Notes: a model not told the origin generated them from the sequence alone. A DNA stretch of 64,000 nucleotides from Clostridia bacterium (GCA_017429165.1 JAFRPL010000036.1:11848-75847), one strand, 5' to 3'; positions 17,127 through 27,749 are shown, numbered from the stretch's first letter. Made by a program: numbers and translations.

Positions 17127-18644
17127 TCAGGAATTCTCATCGATCGGTACAAGGTCGAGAGCGAGAGCAGTGAGGAAATCGAATTTCGAAAGCTCTTCTT
17201 CGTCAACTATGACTTCAGAATAGAAACCTTTGATGAATTTATCGAATTCGCTCTGTGCGAGCGATTCGTATGTTTCGTCATATCTTTCTTTGTAGTCGTC
17301 ATCGGAAAAAGCGATTTTTTTCATGACGACGCAGCCGCTCGCGAGTTCAGCGACAGCGTAGTCGTTATCGTTCATTTGTTTGACCTTTTCTACGATCTCT
17401 TCATCCATTTCGTCATCTTTGTAGATGATGCCCTTGGTATAAACGCCGTATGCGTCCGGTTTGGATTCGCTGTCGGAATAATCGTCGAACGTCCCCATAC
17501 CGCTTACAACTTTTTCGTATGCCGTTAGAGCGTATTGGTGTATCGCGTCTTTAGCAAGCTCTTCGTAAGCCATGGATCTGATCGATTCGTCGATATCGCC
17601 TTCCTGCAGCATCTCGCGTTCGATCACATAATAGCCGATATCCGTGTCGACAAAAGCGTATTCACCGGCTTTGATCTCAAATGCGGCGTCTTCAACCGGC
17701 TTTACGCGCTCGTCGGTTTCGCCTTTTGAAAGAATTACCGGATCCGATTTGGATTCGCTGTATTTTTCAATGGCGTCGTCAAATTGTATCTCGCCGTTTT
17801 TAAGTTCGCTGAAAGCTTTGTTGGCAGTCGCTTCCTTTTCGGCGATCGTTTCATCGCTGAGCTTATTCAGAGTAGTGACGTCGATTTTATACAGGAGGAC
17901 ATATTTGATCTTTGCGTAATGATCGGCGATGTATTCGTTGACCTGTTTGTCGGTGATCGAATCGATCTGCTTGACCGTCTTGTTGCCCTCGTCGTCGCTA
18001 TCATAATAGGCGTAATACAAGACGTCGATCTTATTATATTCTTTTTCGAACTGTTCTTTTACCGCGCTTTCGTCAAGACGCTGCGCGCCGTTTTCGCCAT
18101 AGAGATGATCGAAAAGAAGTTCTGCTGACATCGTGCTGTAAAGATACTGCCTTTCCACGTCGTAATCGGCGCCGAACTGTGCAAGCAGAATGTTCAAATA
18201 TTCCATGCTTCCCGCGTTTTGGATATCTTCTTTAAGCACTTCTTCGATCTCGGCAATAGCGGATTCGTCAGTTATCTCAAGTCCGTACTGCTTGCAGAAA
18301 TGATCTATAACGACCAGATACTTGGCGCTTTCGATTATCATATTGTTCGTCGCCTGCGCAACTGTCACGGTATTTCCGTCGGCGTCTGTGGTGTTTGAAC
18401 GCAGATAATCTTCGAAACTCGCCGCTATCTGTTCCTGACCATACATAGTTGCCATCGAGTTGTAATAATCGAACAACTGCTGCAAATACGCTTTCTGCGA
18501 AGAAAGCATATAAGAATACATCTTATTGCTCAGCTCCGTTCCTCTGAAAGAAAACAGGGCTTTCGAACCCGAGGAGCAAGATACGAGCGAAACTGCAAGC
18601 AGCGCAACGCATATCACTATACAAAACAGTTTTTTTAATTTCAT
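17127..18644 (-). CDS. PrsA/SurA-like lipoprotein (putative parvulin-type foldase; the PPIase motif looks degenerate)
   Basis: Lipobox LAVSLVSCSSG. The late segment AAFEIKAGEYAFVDTDIGYYVIE resembles the end of a parvulin domain (..FGYHIIK). Its position downstream of mfd is typical for Clostridia (from memory). Confidence 0.55.
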   Translation of the reverse strand: MKLKKLFCIVICVALLAVSLVSCSSGSKALFSFRGTELSNKMYSYMLSSQKAYLQQLFDYYNSMATMYGQEQIAASFEDYLRSNTTDADGNTVTVAQATNNMIIESAKYLVVIDHFCKQYGLEITDESAIAEIEEVLKEDIQNAGSMEYLNILLAQFGADYDVERQYLYSTMSAELLFDHLYGENGAQRLDESAVKEQFEKEYNKIDVLYYAYYDSDDEGNKTVKQIDSITDKQVNEYIADHYAKIKYVLLYKIDVTTLNKLSDETIAEKEATANKAFSELKNGEIQFDDAIEKYSESKSDPVILSKGETDERVKPVEDAAFEIKAGEYAFVDTDIGYYVIEREMLQEGDIDESIRSMAYEELAKDAIHQYALTAYEKVVSGMGTFDDYSDSESKPDAYGVYTKGIIYKDDEMDEEIVEKVKQMNDNDYAVAELASGCVVMKKIAFSDDDYKERYDETYESLAQSEFDKFIKGFYSEVIVDEEELSKFDFLTALALDLVPIDENS

Positions 18645-18704
18645 ATATACACCGCCAACTATTTGATAATTTTATTATATATGCACATAAACCGCGAATC
18701 TACA

Positions 18705-21700
18705 TTATTTTGTTAATAATTGCCGAAAATCTTCAAGAACGGAGCGAATACGTTCTATAACATTCTCGCCCGGACGTATACGGTAAGAAAACAGCGGCTT
18801 TTGCGTATTCGGTATAAGTATCCTGCCGTGCATTGAAGGAAGCGAAAGTACGCCTTTGCGCAGTTCGAGCGAAAGTGTTTCGGAATAGAACGAAACGAGG
18901 TTTCCGACCTGCTTTATCTTTGCGAATCCGAGCCCGGAAGCAATATTGCGCGAAAGGGAAATGTCTATAAGGTTTTCTACCGGATACGGTATATCGCCGA
19001 ACCTGTCGAGCATTTCATCGGCGAGGTCGTCACTGTCCGCGCTCGATTCGATCAGCGCGATCTTGCGGTAGAAATCTATGCGCATTTTCGGTGAATCCAC
19101 GTAATACTCGGGGATATAGGCGTCGCAGTTGAGTTCCATAACGCATTCGCGCTTGACAGCGGGTTCCACGCCTTTTTCTTCGTTTACGGCTTCTTCAAGT
19201 ATTTTAACGTAAAGATCGTAACCTATGGCTTCCATCTGTCCGGATTGTTCCGCGCCGAGCAGGTTGCCCGCGCCGCGTATCTCCAAGTCGCGCATGGCGA
19301 TCTTGAAACCGGAACCGAATTCCGTGAATTCCCGTATGGCTTCAAGCCGCTTGGAAGCAGTCTCGGAAAGGATGGCGTCACGGCGGTAGGTAAAGTACGC
19401 ATAAGCTTTACGCGGCGAACGCCCTACGCGCCCGCGGATCTGATGCAGCTGCGAAAGGCCCATCCTGTCCGCGTCTTCTATAATAAGCGTATTTGCATTC
19501 GGTATGTCCACGCCTGTTTCTATTATCGTGGTGCATACGAGTATGTCGATATCGCCGTTAGACATCATCTGCCAGACAGAAGAAAGCTCGTCCTTGGACA
19601 TTTGTCCGTGTCCTACTGCGATAACGGCTTTCGGAAAACGTCTCTGCAGATCCGCAGCCTTTCTGTAAATGGAATCAACCGTGTTATGCAGATAAAACAC
19701 CTGACCGCCTCTGCGCAGTTCCCGCCTGATGGCTTCGTCAAGAATACTCTCGTCGTATTCCATAACATAGCTCTGAACGGGCGCGCGGTCGCGCGGCGCT
19801 TCTTCAAGCACTGACATATCGCGTATCCCTGTCAGCGCCATATTCAGAGTGCGTGGAATAGGCGTCGCCGTGAGCGTGAGAGTGTCTACGTTCTTGGCTA
19901 TTTGCCTGAGCTTTTCCTTGTGCTTGACCTCGAACCGCTGCTCCTCGTCGACGATAAGAAGTCCAAGATCTTTGAATACCACGTTTTCCTGCAGCAGCTT
20001 GTGGGTCCCGACGACGACGTCAGTTTTGCCGGATCTGAGCCGCGAAAGCGTTTCATCGGAATCCTTTTTAGTGCGAAAACGCGAAAGCATTTCTATGCTT
20101 ACGGGAAATTCACGGAACCTTGAAAGCATGGTCCTGTAATGCTGCATGGCCAGAATGGTCGTCGGGACAAGGATAGCCGCCTGTTTACCGTCGGAAACAC
20201 ATTTGAAAACGGCACGCAGCGCGACTTCGGTCTTGCCGAAACCCACATCGCCGCATAACAGCCGATCCATCGGCTGAGGCTTTTCCATATCGTCTTTTAT
20301 TTCACGCGCGGCTGCAAGCTGACCGTCGGTCTCCTCATAATCGAACATACATTCAAATTCTTCCTGATATTCGTCGTCTGGAGGGAACTCGTGGCCGGGA
20401 GTCGCTTTTCGCTCGGCGTACAGCTTTATAAGCTCTTTCGCAATGCTCTTGGCCGAAGCTTTTGCTTTAGCTTTGGTCCGCGCCCATTCCGAAGTCCCCA
20501 TTTTAGAGATCTTGACGTTTTCGGCGCCTATGTATTTGCTGACAAGGTCGAGCTGCCCGCATGGAACGTATAAAACGTCGCCGCCGGCGTAATTGATCTT
20601 TATAAAATCCTTTGTCGCGCCTTCCACGGTGAGCTGCTGGAGCCCGGCGTAAATGCCTATACCGTGATTTGCGTGGACTATGTAATCGCCGACAGCCAGG
20701 TCGGAATAGGAAGCTATCTTTTCAGCTTTTTTATATTTGTGAACGTATCTGCCGCGCGGAACGAGCGAATTCCTCACTATCTCGCCGCCCGAAGACATAA
20801 GCACGAAATTGCTCTTTACCAATTCAAATCCGCCCGTATCGGCAACTTTTTCTGATACGGCAATGTTTATGACGCCGTTGTTAACCGGGCTTTGCTCTTT
20901 CAAAACGACGTGCGGTATCTCACGCGACACAAGAATCTCGTCAAGGTTTTCGGCTTCTCGTTCGTTATGAGCCACGTAAAGTACTTTCATCCCGGCGTTC
21001 AACCAGTCGGAAAGCTCATCAGCGACATTGACTGCGCTTCCGGAAACAGTTCCAACCGATTTGGTAAGAATATCATACCGCGCGGCGAAGTTGAGTCTGC
21101 TCGACTCCATAAAGTAGTCTATAGCAACGCCTTTGCGCGATATTAGCGAAGAAAAGTCTTCTTCCGTCATGAGTGAATCGGCGTAAGGATATGCCGATCT
21201 GCCGGAATTGCAAAGCGTTTCCAGAGTCTGATCATATTCCCAGCGATATGCGTGCGCGCGGTCCAGGACCTTGCGGCTTTCGAATATTATCGTAAGCCTG
21301 TTGCCGATATAATCGTATATACTCGTGCGTCTGTCGTAGAGAAGGGCGGAATATTTGTCGCGCGCGGGAGGGAATTCGTTGTTGTTCAAAAGTTCAAGAT
21401 CGTTCTGAAGCTCTGCGCGGACAGAACTTTCCGTTTTGCCTTTCAAGAGGCCGGAAACCGCTTCACGGCATTTTGAACGCGCTTCTTCCGAAACGACGGT
21501 CTCACACACCGGCACGCAGGCGTAAAGCTGTACGTTTTCGATCCTGCGCTGCGTTATCGTGTCGAATATCCCCATTGAATCTGGAACGTCGCCGAAATAA
21601 TCTATCCTGCAAGGATAATCTGCGGAAGGTGAAAAGACGTCTACTATTCCGCCGCGTCGCGAAAACTGTCCTTTGCCTTCAACGGTATCGGCAAAAGTGT

Positions 21701-22202
21701 AGCCCATAGAAACGAAGCGGTCAGCGAGCTCCTCCGGCGAATACTTCATATTGAGCGTTAGATTCATCATCGAATCCAGCATCGTCTCCGGAGGGACGGT
21801 GTACTGCATCACGGCGTCGGGCACGGTTATCAGCGTGAAAGAACCGTCGGTGAGCACATCGTGCAATACTTTTAAGCGCTCCTGTTCGAAATCCTTTGAA
21901 TAAGCCGTAACGGGATCGAAAAGAAAATCGCGCTGCAAGTATACGTCGCATTTTTCGCCAAGACCCTCAAGCGCCGACTTGAGCGAATGCGCCTGCTTTT
22001 CATCTGGAACTATTATCAAGGGCTTTTCGTTTGTAATATCCGAAAAAGCAGCGCAAAACAAGGGGCGTACCGAATCGCATAATCCGTTTATGATCATCGG
22101 CGTACGTCCCCTGCTGAAACCCTCCGCCGCGTGGGCGAATTCGGTATCCGAAAACAGGATGTTCTTTAAAACGTTCATCTGTTCCTCATGATTCAGTTGC
22201 AT
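18705..22202 (-). CDS. mfd: Transcription-repair coupling factor
   Basis: 1165 aa. CarD-like segment GDYIVHANHGIGIY. SF2 helicase motifs LLCGDVGFGKTEVA, LLIVDEEQRF and QLHQIRGRVGRS. Confidence 0.97.
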   Translation of the reverse strand: MQLNHEEQMNVLKNILFSDTEFAHAAEGFSRGRTPMIINGLCDSVRPLFCAAFSDITNEKPLIIVPDEKQAHSLKSALEGLGEKCDVYLQRDFLFDPVTAYSKDFEQERLKVLHDVLTDGSFTLITVPDAVMQYTVPPETMLDSMMNLTLNMKYSPEELADRFVSMGYTFADTVEGKGQFSRRGGIVDVFSPSADYPCRIDYFGDVPDSMGIFDTITQRRIENVQLYACVPVCETVVSEEARSKCREAVSGLLKGKTESSVRAELQNDLELLNNNEFPPARDKYSALLYDRRTSIYDYIGNRLTIIFESRKVLDRAHAYRWEYDQTLETLCNSGRSAYPYADSLMTEEDFSSLISRKGVAIDYFMESSRLNFAARYDILTKSVGTVSGSAVNVADELSDWLNAGMKVLYVAHNEREAENLDEILVSREIPHVVLKEQSPVNNGVINIAVSEKVADTGGFELVKSNFVLMSSGGEIVRNSLVPRGRYVHKYKKAEKIASYSDLAVGDYIVHANHGIGIYAGLQQLTVEGATKDFIKINYAGGDVLYVPCGQLDLVSKYIGAENVKISKMGTSEWARTKAKAKASAKSIAKELIKLYAERKATPGHEFPPDDEYQEEFECMFDYEETDGQLAAAREIKDDMEKPQPMDRLLCGDVGFGKTEVALRAVFKCVSDGKQAAILVPTTILAMQHYRTMLSRFREFPVSIEMLSRFRTKKDSDETLSRLRSGKTDVVVGTHKLLQENVVFKDLGLLIVDEEQRFEVKHKEKLRQIAKNVDTLTLTATPIPRTLNMALTGIRDMSVLEEAPRDRAPVQSYVMEYDESILDEAIRRELRRGGQVFYLHNTVDSIYRKAADLQRRFPKAVIAVGHGQMSKDELSSVWQMMSNGDIDILVCTTIIETGVDIPNANTLIIEDADRMGLSQLHQIRGRVGRSPRKAYAYFTYRRDAILSETASKRLEAIREFTEFGSGFKIAMRDLEIRGAGNLLGAEQSGQMEAIGYDLYVKILEEAVNEEKGVEPAVKRECVMELNCDAYIPEYYVDSPKMRIDFYRKIALIESSADSDDLADEMLDRFGDIPYPVENLIDISLSRNIASGLGFAKIKQVGNLVSFYSETLSLELRKGVLSLPSMHGRILIPNTQKPLFSYRIRPGENVIERIRSVLEDFRQLLTK

Positions 22203-22780
22203 TCCTGCATGGCTTTGTCGATCTTGTCTTCAAAGATATAGCAAAGCGCGTGATATATACTTTCATACCGTTCTGCAATAAGTCCGCGTTCCTTCGCGCT
22301 GAGCGAGGAAAGGACCCAGTCCGCCAGGTCGTATTCAGCGTTGGGCCTGTCTCCGACTCCGAGCCTGATGCGCGGAAAATCTTCGGTATGAAGTTCTTCT
22401 ATAATGGATTTAAGACCGTTGTGACCGCCGGCGCTGCCGCTGCGACGTATGCGGACGCGACCGACGTCTAACGAAACGTCGTCGCTTATGACAATTATAT
22501 TCTGCGGCTGTACGCCGTAATATCGCGCGGCGTCGGCTACCGAAAGCCCCGAGGCGTTCATATATGTCTGCGGTTTTAAAAGAAGGACTTTTGCGCCGTC
22601 TATCGTTCCAATACCGCTTTTTGCATAATTCTTGAGCTTATTGATTTCGATACCGCATCTGCCGCTTATGTATTCGATGACGTTGAAGCCGACGTTGTGA
22701 CGCGTGTTTTTATATTTGTCGCCGGGGTTGCCGAGACCGACTACAATGAAATCTATATTGGACTTTTTTCTGCAGAACAA
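22193..22780 (-). CDS. pth: Peptidyl-tRNA hydrolase
   Basis: Motifs FIVVGLGNPGDKYKNTRHNVGF and GGHNGLKSI. Proposed start is TTG 22780 (GAGGTG 6 nt upstream). The ORF-track extension to 22915 is an AT-rich, Ile/Phe/Tyr-rich artefact. ATG 22837 is an alternative start. The gene overlaps the mfd start by 10 nt. Confidence 0.9.
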   Translation of the reverse strand: MFCRKKSNIDFIVVGLGNPGDKYKNTRHNVGFNVIEYISGRCGIEINKLKNYAKSGIGTIDGAKVLLLKPQTYMNASGLSVADAARYYGVQPQNIIVISDDVSLDVGRVRIRRSGSAGGHNGLKSIIEELHTEDFPRIRLGVGDRPNAEYDLADWVLSSLSAKERGLIAERYESIYHALCYIFEDKIDKAMQECN

Positions 22781-22959
22781 AACGAACACCTCTTTTCGCT
22801 TTATTTTAAGACAAAGATACCGTTTTGTCAACTGCATTTTGAACAGATAATAAAATATTGAAAAAAATATAAAAATAATATAGACATTTGAACAAAAATA
22901 TGGTATTATAATCAAATAAAAATGGAAATAAAAATATCGAATATAAAAACGGAGGAATT

Positions 22960-25590
22960 ATGACTAAAAAGTATCTTTATCTCTTTTCCGAAGGCAACGA
23001 GAATATGAGAGCCATTCTCGGCGGAAAAGGCGCCAACCTTGCAGAAATGACTAATCTCGGCATGCCAGTCCCCCGCGGATTCACCGTGTCGACGGAAGCG
23101 TGCAACAAGTATTACGAAGACGGCGAGACCATTGCTCCAGAGATAATCGATTCCGTATACGAGTATATGGGAAAAATGGAAAAAATGACCGGCAAGCAGT
23201 TCGGATCCGCCGAAAATCCGCTTCTTGTGTCAGTACGTTCTGGTGCCCGCGCTTCGATGCCGGGTATGATGGATACCATCCTTAACCTCGGCCTTAACGA
23301 TACGGTCGTCGAAGGGCTTGCGAAACTCACCGACAATCCGCGTTTCGCTTACGATTCTTACAGACGTTTTATCCAGATGTTTTCGGACGTCGTTATGGGA
23401 CTTCCCAAATCCCAGTTTGAGGTCATTATCGACAAGCTCAAGGTCGAAAGAAACAAACACTTCGATATCGAGCTCGATGAAAAAGACATGCGCCGTCTTG
23501 TGAAGGAATTCAAGAAATTCTATTTAGCCAATATGGGCGAAGAATTCCCGCAGGAACCCAAGAAACAGCTTATCGAAGCTATCAAAGCTGTTTTCCGTTC
23601 CTGGAACAACGAACGCGCTATCATATACAGAAGAAAGAACGATATTCCTTCTTCCTGGGGCACCGCCGTCAACGTACAGGAAATGGTATTCGGCAATATG
23701 GGCCCGACCAGCGGCACAGGCGTCGCCTTCACGCGCGACCCTTCTACCGGCGAAAAGAAACTCTACGGCGAATTCCTTATGAACGCACAGGGCGAAGACG
23801 TCGTCGCGGGTATCCGTACGCCGCAGCCCATCAGCGAGCTTGCGACCACCATACCCGACGCCTATAAGCAGTTCGTCGAGATCGCTCAGACGCTTGAGAA
23901 CCATTATAAAGATATGCAGGATATGGAGTTTACCATAGAAAACGGCAAGCTCTTTATGCTGCAGACCAGAAACGGTAAGCGTACCGCGGCGGCCGCGCTC
24001 CGTATCGCCGTCGACCTTGTCGACGAAGGAATGATCACCGAAGACGAAGCGGTGATGAAAGTCGAACCGCGTCAGCTCGACGCGCTGCTCCATCCGCAGT
24101 TTGATACGATCTCGCTGATGCAGGCAACTCCCGTATCCTCGGGCCTTGCCGCTTCTCCCGGCGCCGCCTGCGGCAGAGTGTATTTCACCGCTGACGAAGC
24201 GAAAGCCGCTCACGCCAAAGGACAGAAAGTCATACTCGTTCGTCTCGAGACCTCGCCCGAGGATATCGAAGGCATGTACGCTTCCGAAGGTATTCTCACC
24301 GGACGCGGAGGAAAAACTTCCCACGCAGCCGTCGTGGCGCGCGGAATGGGCTGCTGCTGCGTTGCCGGCTGCGGCGCACTCAAGATCAACGAACGCGAAA
24401 AATACTTCATTCTCGACGACCACGTCGTGCATGAGGGCGACTATATCTCAATTGACGGTTCTACCGGCAACATTTATATCGACGTAATCAAGACCGTCCC
24501 CGCGACCATCTCCGGCGACTTTGCGCGCTTTATGTCGTGGGCTGACGCAAGGCGCAGACTCAAAGTCCGCACTAACGCCGACAACCCCAAAGACGCCGCC
24601 CAGGCGCTCAACTTCGGCGCCGAAGGCGTCGGACTCTGCCGTACCGAGCATATGTTCTTCAACGGCGACAGGATAAAAGCCATGCGCGAGATGATCGTCG
24701 CTTCGAATTCCGAACAGCGCAAGAAAGCGCTCGATAAGCTCCTTCCTATGCAGAGAAGCGACTTTGAAGGAATATTCAGAGCGATGAACGGTTATCCCGT
24801 CACCATACGCTTCCTCGATCCGCCTCTTCACGAATTCCTTCCCAACGACGACAAGGACATCAAAGAGCTTGCGCTCGATATGGGTATCACCTATGACGAC
24901 CTCAAGGCAAAGGTCGTATCGCTGCACGAAACCAACCCGATGATGGGCCACAGAGGATGCCGTCTCGCCGTCTCGTTCCCCGAGATCTACGAAATGCAGA
25001 CGCGCGCGGTCATCGAAGCCGCCATCAACGTCAACCGTACGCTCGGAATGGCGATAGAACCCGAGATAATGATCCCGCTTGTGGGCGATGTAAACGAACT
25101 CAGATACGTCAAGAAGATAGTCACCAAGACCGCTGACGACATTATAGCGGAAGCTAACGTCACAATGCATTACAAGGTCGGTACCATGATCGAGATCCCG
25201 CGTGCCGCCGTCACGGCAGACCAGATCGCGACCGAAGCCGAATTCTTCTCATTCGGCACTAACGACCTTACTCAGATGACGTTCGGTTTCTCGCGCGATG
25301 ACGCTGCCAAGTTCCTTGAAGATTATTACGCAAAGCGCATTTTCGAATCCGATCCGTTCGCTAAGCTCGATACAGTAGGCGTCGGTTCGTTCATCAAGCT
25401 TGCATCCGATCTCGGCAGAAAGACCCGTCCGGATATCAAGCTCGGTATCTGCGGCGAACACGGCGGCGATCCCGCCAGCGTGGAATTCTGCCACAACGCC
25501 GGCCTGACCTACGTTTCCTGCTCGCCGTTCCGCGTTCCCATAGCGCGCCTCGCGGCCGCTCAGGCAGCTATAAAAGAAATGCATAAATAA
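22960..25590 (+). CDS. ppdK: Pyruvate, phosphate dikinase
   Basis: 876 aa. N-terminus LGGKGANLAEMTNLGMPVPRGFTVSTEAC. Phospho-His region GGKTSHAAVVARGMG. PEP-utilising C-terminal domain FFSFGTNDLTQMTFG. Confidence 0.97.
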   Translation: MTKKYLYLFSEGNENMRAILGGKGANLAEMTNLGMPVPRGFTVSTEACNKYYEDGETIAPEIIDSVYEYMGKMEKMTGKQFGSAENPLLVSVRSGARASMPGMMDTILNLGLNDTVVEGLAKLTDNPRFAYDSYRRFIQMFSDVVMGLPKSQFEVIIDKLKVERNKHFDIELDEKDMRRLVKEFKKFYLANMGEEFPQEPKKQLIEAIKAVFRSWNNERAIIYRRKNDIPSSWGTAVNVQEMVFGNMGPTSGTGVAFTRDPSTGEKKLYGEFLMNAQGEDVVAGIRTPQPISELATTIPDAYKQFVEIAQTLENHYKDMQDMEFTIENGKLFMLQTRNGKRTAAAALRIAVDLVDEGMITEDEAVMKVEPRQLDALLHPQFDTISLMQATPVSSGLAASPGAACGRVYFTADEAKAAHAKGQKVILVRLETSPEDIEGMYASEGILTGRGGKTSHAAVVARGMGCCCVAGCGALKINEREKYFILDDHVVHEGDYISIDGSTGNIYIDVIKTVPATISGDFARFMSWADARRRLKVRTNADNPKDAAQALNFGAEGVGLCRTEHMFFNGDRIKAMREMIVASNSEQRKKALDKLLPMQRSDFEGIFRAMNGYPVTIRFLDPPLHEFLPNDDKDIKELALDMGITYDDLKAKVVSLHETNPMMGHRGCRLAVSFPEIYEMQTRAVIEAAINVNRTLGMAIEPEIMIPLVGDVNELRYVKKIVTKTADDIIAEANVTMHYKVGTMIEIPRAAVTADQIATEAEFFSFGTNDLTQMTFGFSRDDAAKFLEDYYAKRIFESDPFAKLDTVGVGSFIKLASDLGRKTRPDIKLGICGEHGGDPASVEFCHNAGLTYVSCSPFRVPIARLAAAQAAIKEMHK

Positions 25591-25610
25591 GCTTTTATGC
25601 GGTAACAATA

Positions 25611-25641
25611 CAGCCCCGTTACTTTACGGGGCTGTTTTTTT
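25611..25641 (+). terminator. Intrinsic terminator of ppdK
   Basis: Stem cagccccgt / acggggctg with loop tacttt, followed by T7. Confidence 0.85.
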
Positions 25642-25678
25642 GCGTAAGAAGACCCCGCACCGAAAAACGGTACGGGGT
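25641..25678 (-). terminator. Probable terminator of the 25710-27110 lipoprotein gene
   Basis: Stem accccgcaccg / cggtacggggt with one G-U pair on the minus-strand RNA. The downstream U-tract is weak. Confidence 0.5.
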
Positions 25679-25709
25679 AACGATCAAATTATATGATTTA
25701 AACGTTTTC

Positions 25710-27110
25710 TCATTTGAAAAGGTTCTTGAGTTCCTCAAAGGTAACGGACTGAGCGTTATCGGGTTCTTTGGGGAAATCGGCGCACTTTTCTACGGTTATC
25801 TTTATATTGCCCAGATCGTGGGTGACGAGGATCTTGTCGTACGAATACGTTTCGGGATTATAATGATCGTAATCGTATTCCATATCTTCAAACGAAACGA
25901 GAGTCAGTTCAAGAGATACGTCGTTGTAATCGAGCAGCGCGTTGAGGGTGTACTGGTCGATGACTTTTACGGTAAGGGCTTTGGTGCTCTTGATATAATC
26001 GACTTTAAAAGCGGTGATGTCGTCCTGGCTGCCGGTAATGACGGCGGGAAGGGAAAGGACGAGCTTGCCGTGGAATTCGTCGTCAGTCTTGTCAACGATC
26101 CATTTGACGGCTGCGTTCATTTTAGTGTTGCCGGTTTCGAGCTGGATCGTCATATCGGCGTTGTTGGTCAGCTTGCAGTCTTCGGGATAATTGAGAGTCA
26201 TAAGGATTTTGGCGTTTTGAATATCCAGATCCAAAGAGCTTTCAGGGCTTGCCGTTAAGTCAAGCGTGAAGATGCTTCTTACGGGGAGACCGGTCTCGGC
26301 GTCAACGTAATCGTCGGTTTTGGCGGTGAAGACCACGCCGAGCTGATTGAACATATCTATGAGATCCTGCGCGTTGTAGTTCTTTACTTCTTCGGGGAGG
26401 GTATCGCCTTTGACGTAATCCTTGAAAAGATCGAACATCGAATTGATGAGTTTTTCGACGCCGGCGTTATTCAAGGTTTCGGTGGTGTGGATGCACTTGA
26501 CCGATTTGCCGTATGCGTCGATCTTTTCGGTGGCGACGTCGGAGTTCAGGGTATCTTCGATAGCGGAAGTGAACTTATCGATAAACTCGTTAGCGGCGGA
26601 TTCGTCTTTCAGGTCTAATTCGATAGGTTCCGTGGGCTCGCGTCCCGTGTACGATCTGAAGTATTCTCTCAATCCTTTGATCAGTTCGGCGGCGGAGACC
26701 TTGTAAACGCCGTTGTCGAGGCCTTCGACTTTGGTAAGATCCAGTACGAGGTATTCGTCTGCGGCAAATACGTCGAATTGCTGTCCTTCGTATTTGTCGG
26801 GAGCGACGATGGAAAGATACGCCTTTTTGTCGCTGATGTAAGCGGTGACGCTCTTGATCTGTTCGCCGAGGAGCGTGCCCGTTTCGACGGTGATCTTGCT
26901 GTTGGGCAGGATCTCGTTGAGCACTCTGGTAGCGTTGAGACTGTCGGCAGCAGCATCGGAAGCGTATCTGGTCACGCTTTTTGCGTACTCAAAACGGTCG
27001 GTGTTGGCAAGTTCGGTGAGTTCTTTTTCTTTTTCACTTGCGCAAGATACAAGAAGCAGTGAAAAGACAAGAGCAAGAACAAGAGTTAAAGCCAGTAATT
27101 TTTTATTCAT
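25710..27110 (-). CDS. Hypothetical lipoprotein (466 aa); no domain recognised
   Basis: Lipobox LLLVSCASE. The acidic, Lys/Asp/Glu/Thr-rich composition is consistent with a secreted beta-rich protein. Confidence 0.7.
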   Translation of the reverse strand: MNKKLLALTLVLALVFSLLLVSCASEKEKELTELANTDRFEYAKSVTRYASDAAADSLNATRVLNEILPNSKITVETGTLLGEQIKSVTAYISDKKAYLSIVAPDKYEGQQFDVFAADEYLVLDLTKVEGLDNGVYKVSAAELIKGLREYFRSYTGREPTEPIELDLKDESAANEFIDKFTSAIEDTLNSDVATEKIDAYGKSVKCIHTTETLNNAGVEKLINSMFDLFKDYVKGDTLPEEVKNYNAQDLIDMFNQLGVVFTAKTDDYVDAETGLPVRSIFTLDLTASPESSLDLDIQNAKILMTLNYPEDCKLTNNADMTIQLETGNTKMNAAVKWIVDKTDDEFHGKLVLSLPAVITGSQDDITAFKVDYIKSTKALTVKVIDQYTLNALLDYNDVSLELTLVSFEDMEYDYDHYNPETYSYDKILVTHDLGNIKITVEKCADFPKEPDNAQSVTFEELKNLFK

Positions 27111-27240
27111 TTCAAATCTTCCTTTCTTGGGTTTTATATTATTTTAGCACAAGAATCTGACAATGTCAATAAACAGAGCGGTTATTTTATTATTCGAAAG
27201 TAAACATTTTAATAAATTTAATGCGCTTTGGGCAAATCTA

Positions 27241-27269
27241 TTGAAAAAAAAGTCAAATAGTGTTATAAT
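27241..27269 (+). promoter_or_regulatory. Promoter TTGAAA-17-TGtTATAAT
   Basis: TTGAAA at 27241-27246 and TATAAT at 27264-27269, preceded by TGt. The resulting leader is very short. Confidence 0.45.
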
Positions 27270-27287
27270 CACCACAAGGTGAAAAAT

Positions 27288-27749
27288 ATGTCTGTCCATT
27301 CACAAAAAGCGGAAGATTACTTTTATAAAGGATATAACTGTGCGCAATCGGTGTTTCTTGCATTCTGCGACGTAATCGGTTATGGCGAAGAAGAAGCCGC
27401 AAAGATCTCATCGTGCCTTGGCGGCGGAATGTGCCGTCTGCGCGAAACATGCGGCGCCGTTTCTGCCATTGCGCTCGTCTTAGGTGCGCTATACGGGGAT
27501 TTTTTGCCCGCGGATATCGAATCAAAAGGGAATTTGTACGCTTCGTTCCAGTCGCTCGCGTTCGAATTCAAAAAGCGCAACGGTTCGTTCGTCTGCCGTG
27601 AACTGTTGGGACTTGACCATCTGTACGACGACCCGCGCCCCGCTCCAAGGACGTCAGATTATTATAAAAAACGCAAGTGCGCGGAGTATATAGCTTCTGC
27701 CGCTCAAATACTCGATGAATTCATAGAGAAAAGAGAAAAATACAAATGA
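27288..27749 (+). CDS. C_GCAxxG_C_C family protein (putative redox-active Cys protein)
   Basis: Motifs YNCAQSVFLAFCD, GGGM and ETCGAVSAIALVLG, plus C-terminal Cys residues. ATG 27288 follows AAGGTG. Its stop overlaps the nrdG start (ATGA at 27746-27749). Confidence 0.8.
   Translation: MSVHSQKAEDYFYKGYNCAQSVFLAFCDVIGYGEEEAAKISSCLGGGMCRLRETCGAVSAIALVLGALYGDFLPADIESKGNLYASFQSLAFEFKKRNGSFVCRELLGLDHLYDDPRPAPRTSDYYKKRKCAEYIASAAQILDEFIEKREKYK

Noticed and set aside
22781-22915. N-terminal extension of pth (45 extra codons)
   Set aside because: It is translated from AT-rich promoter-like DNA (MIIIPYFCSNVYIIFIFFSIFYYLF). Pth proteins start just before the GLGNPG motif. A GAGGTG-TTG start at 22780 fits.
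23524-25170. 302-aa and 240-aa minus-strand ORFs inside ppdK. Similar long antisense ORFs occur inside nrdD (29796-30695), trxB (31247-31879), the IscU-like gene (33117-33872), gdpP (41066-41836), fakA (55024-55734), the Udk-family kinase (60060-61891) and the ABC exporter (62763-63755).
   Set aside because: All lie opposite genes with strong family motifs. Long antisense ORFs are expected at this codon usage (GC-rich third positions). None has an SD or a recognisable motif.
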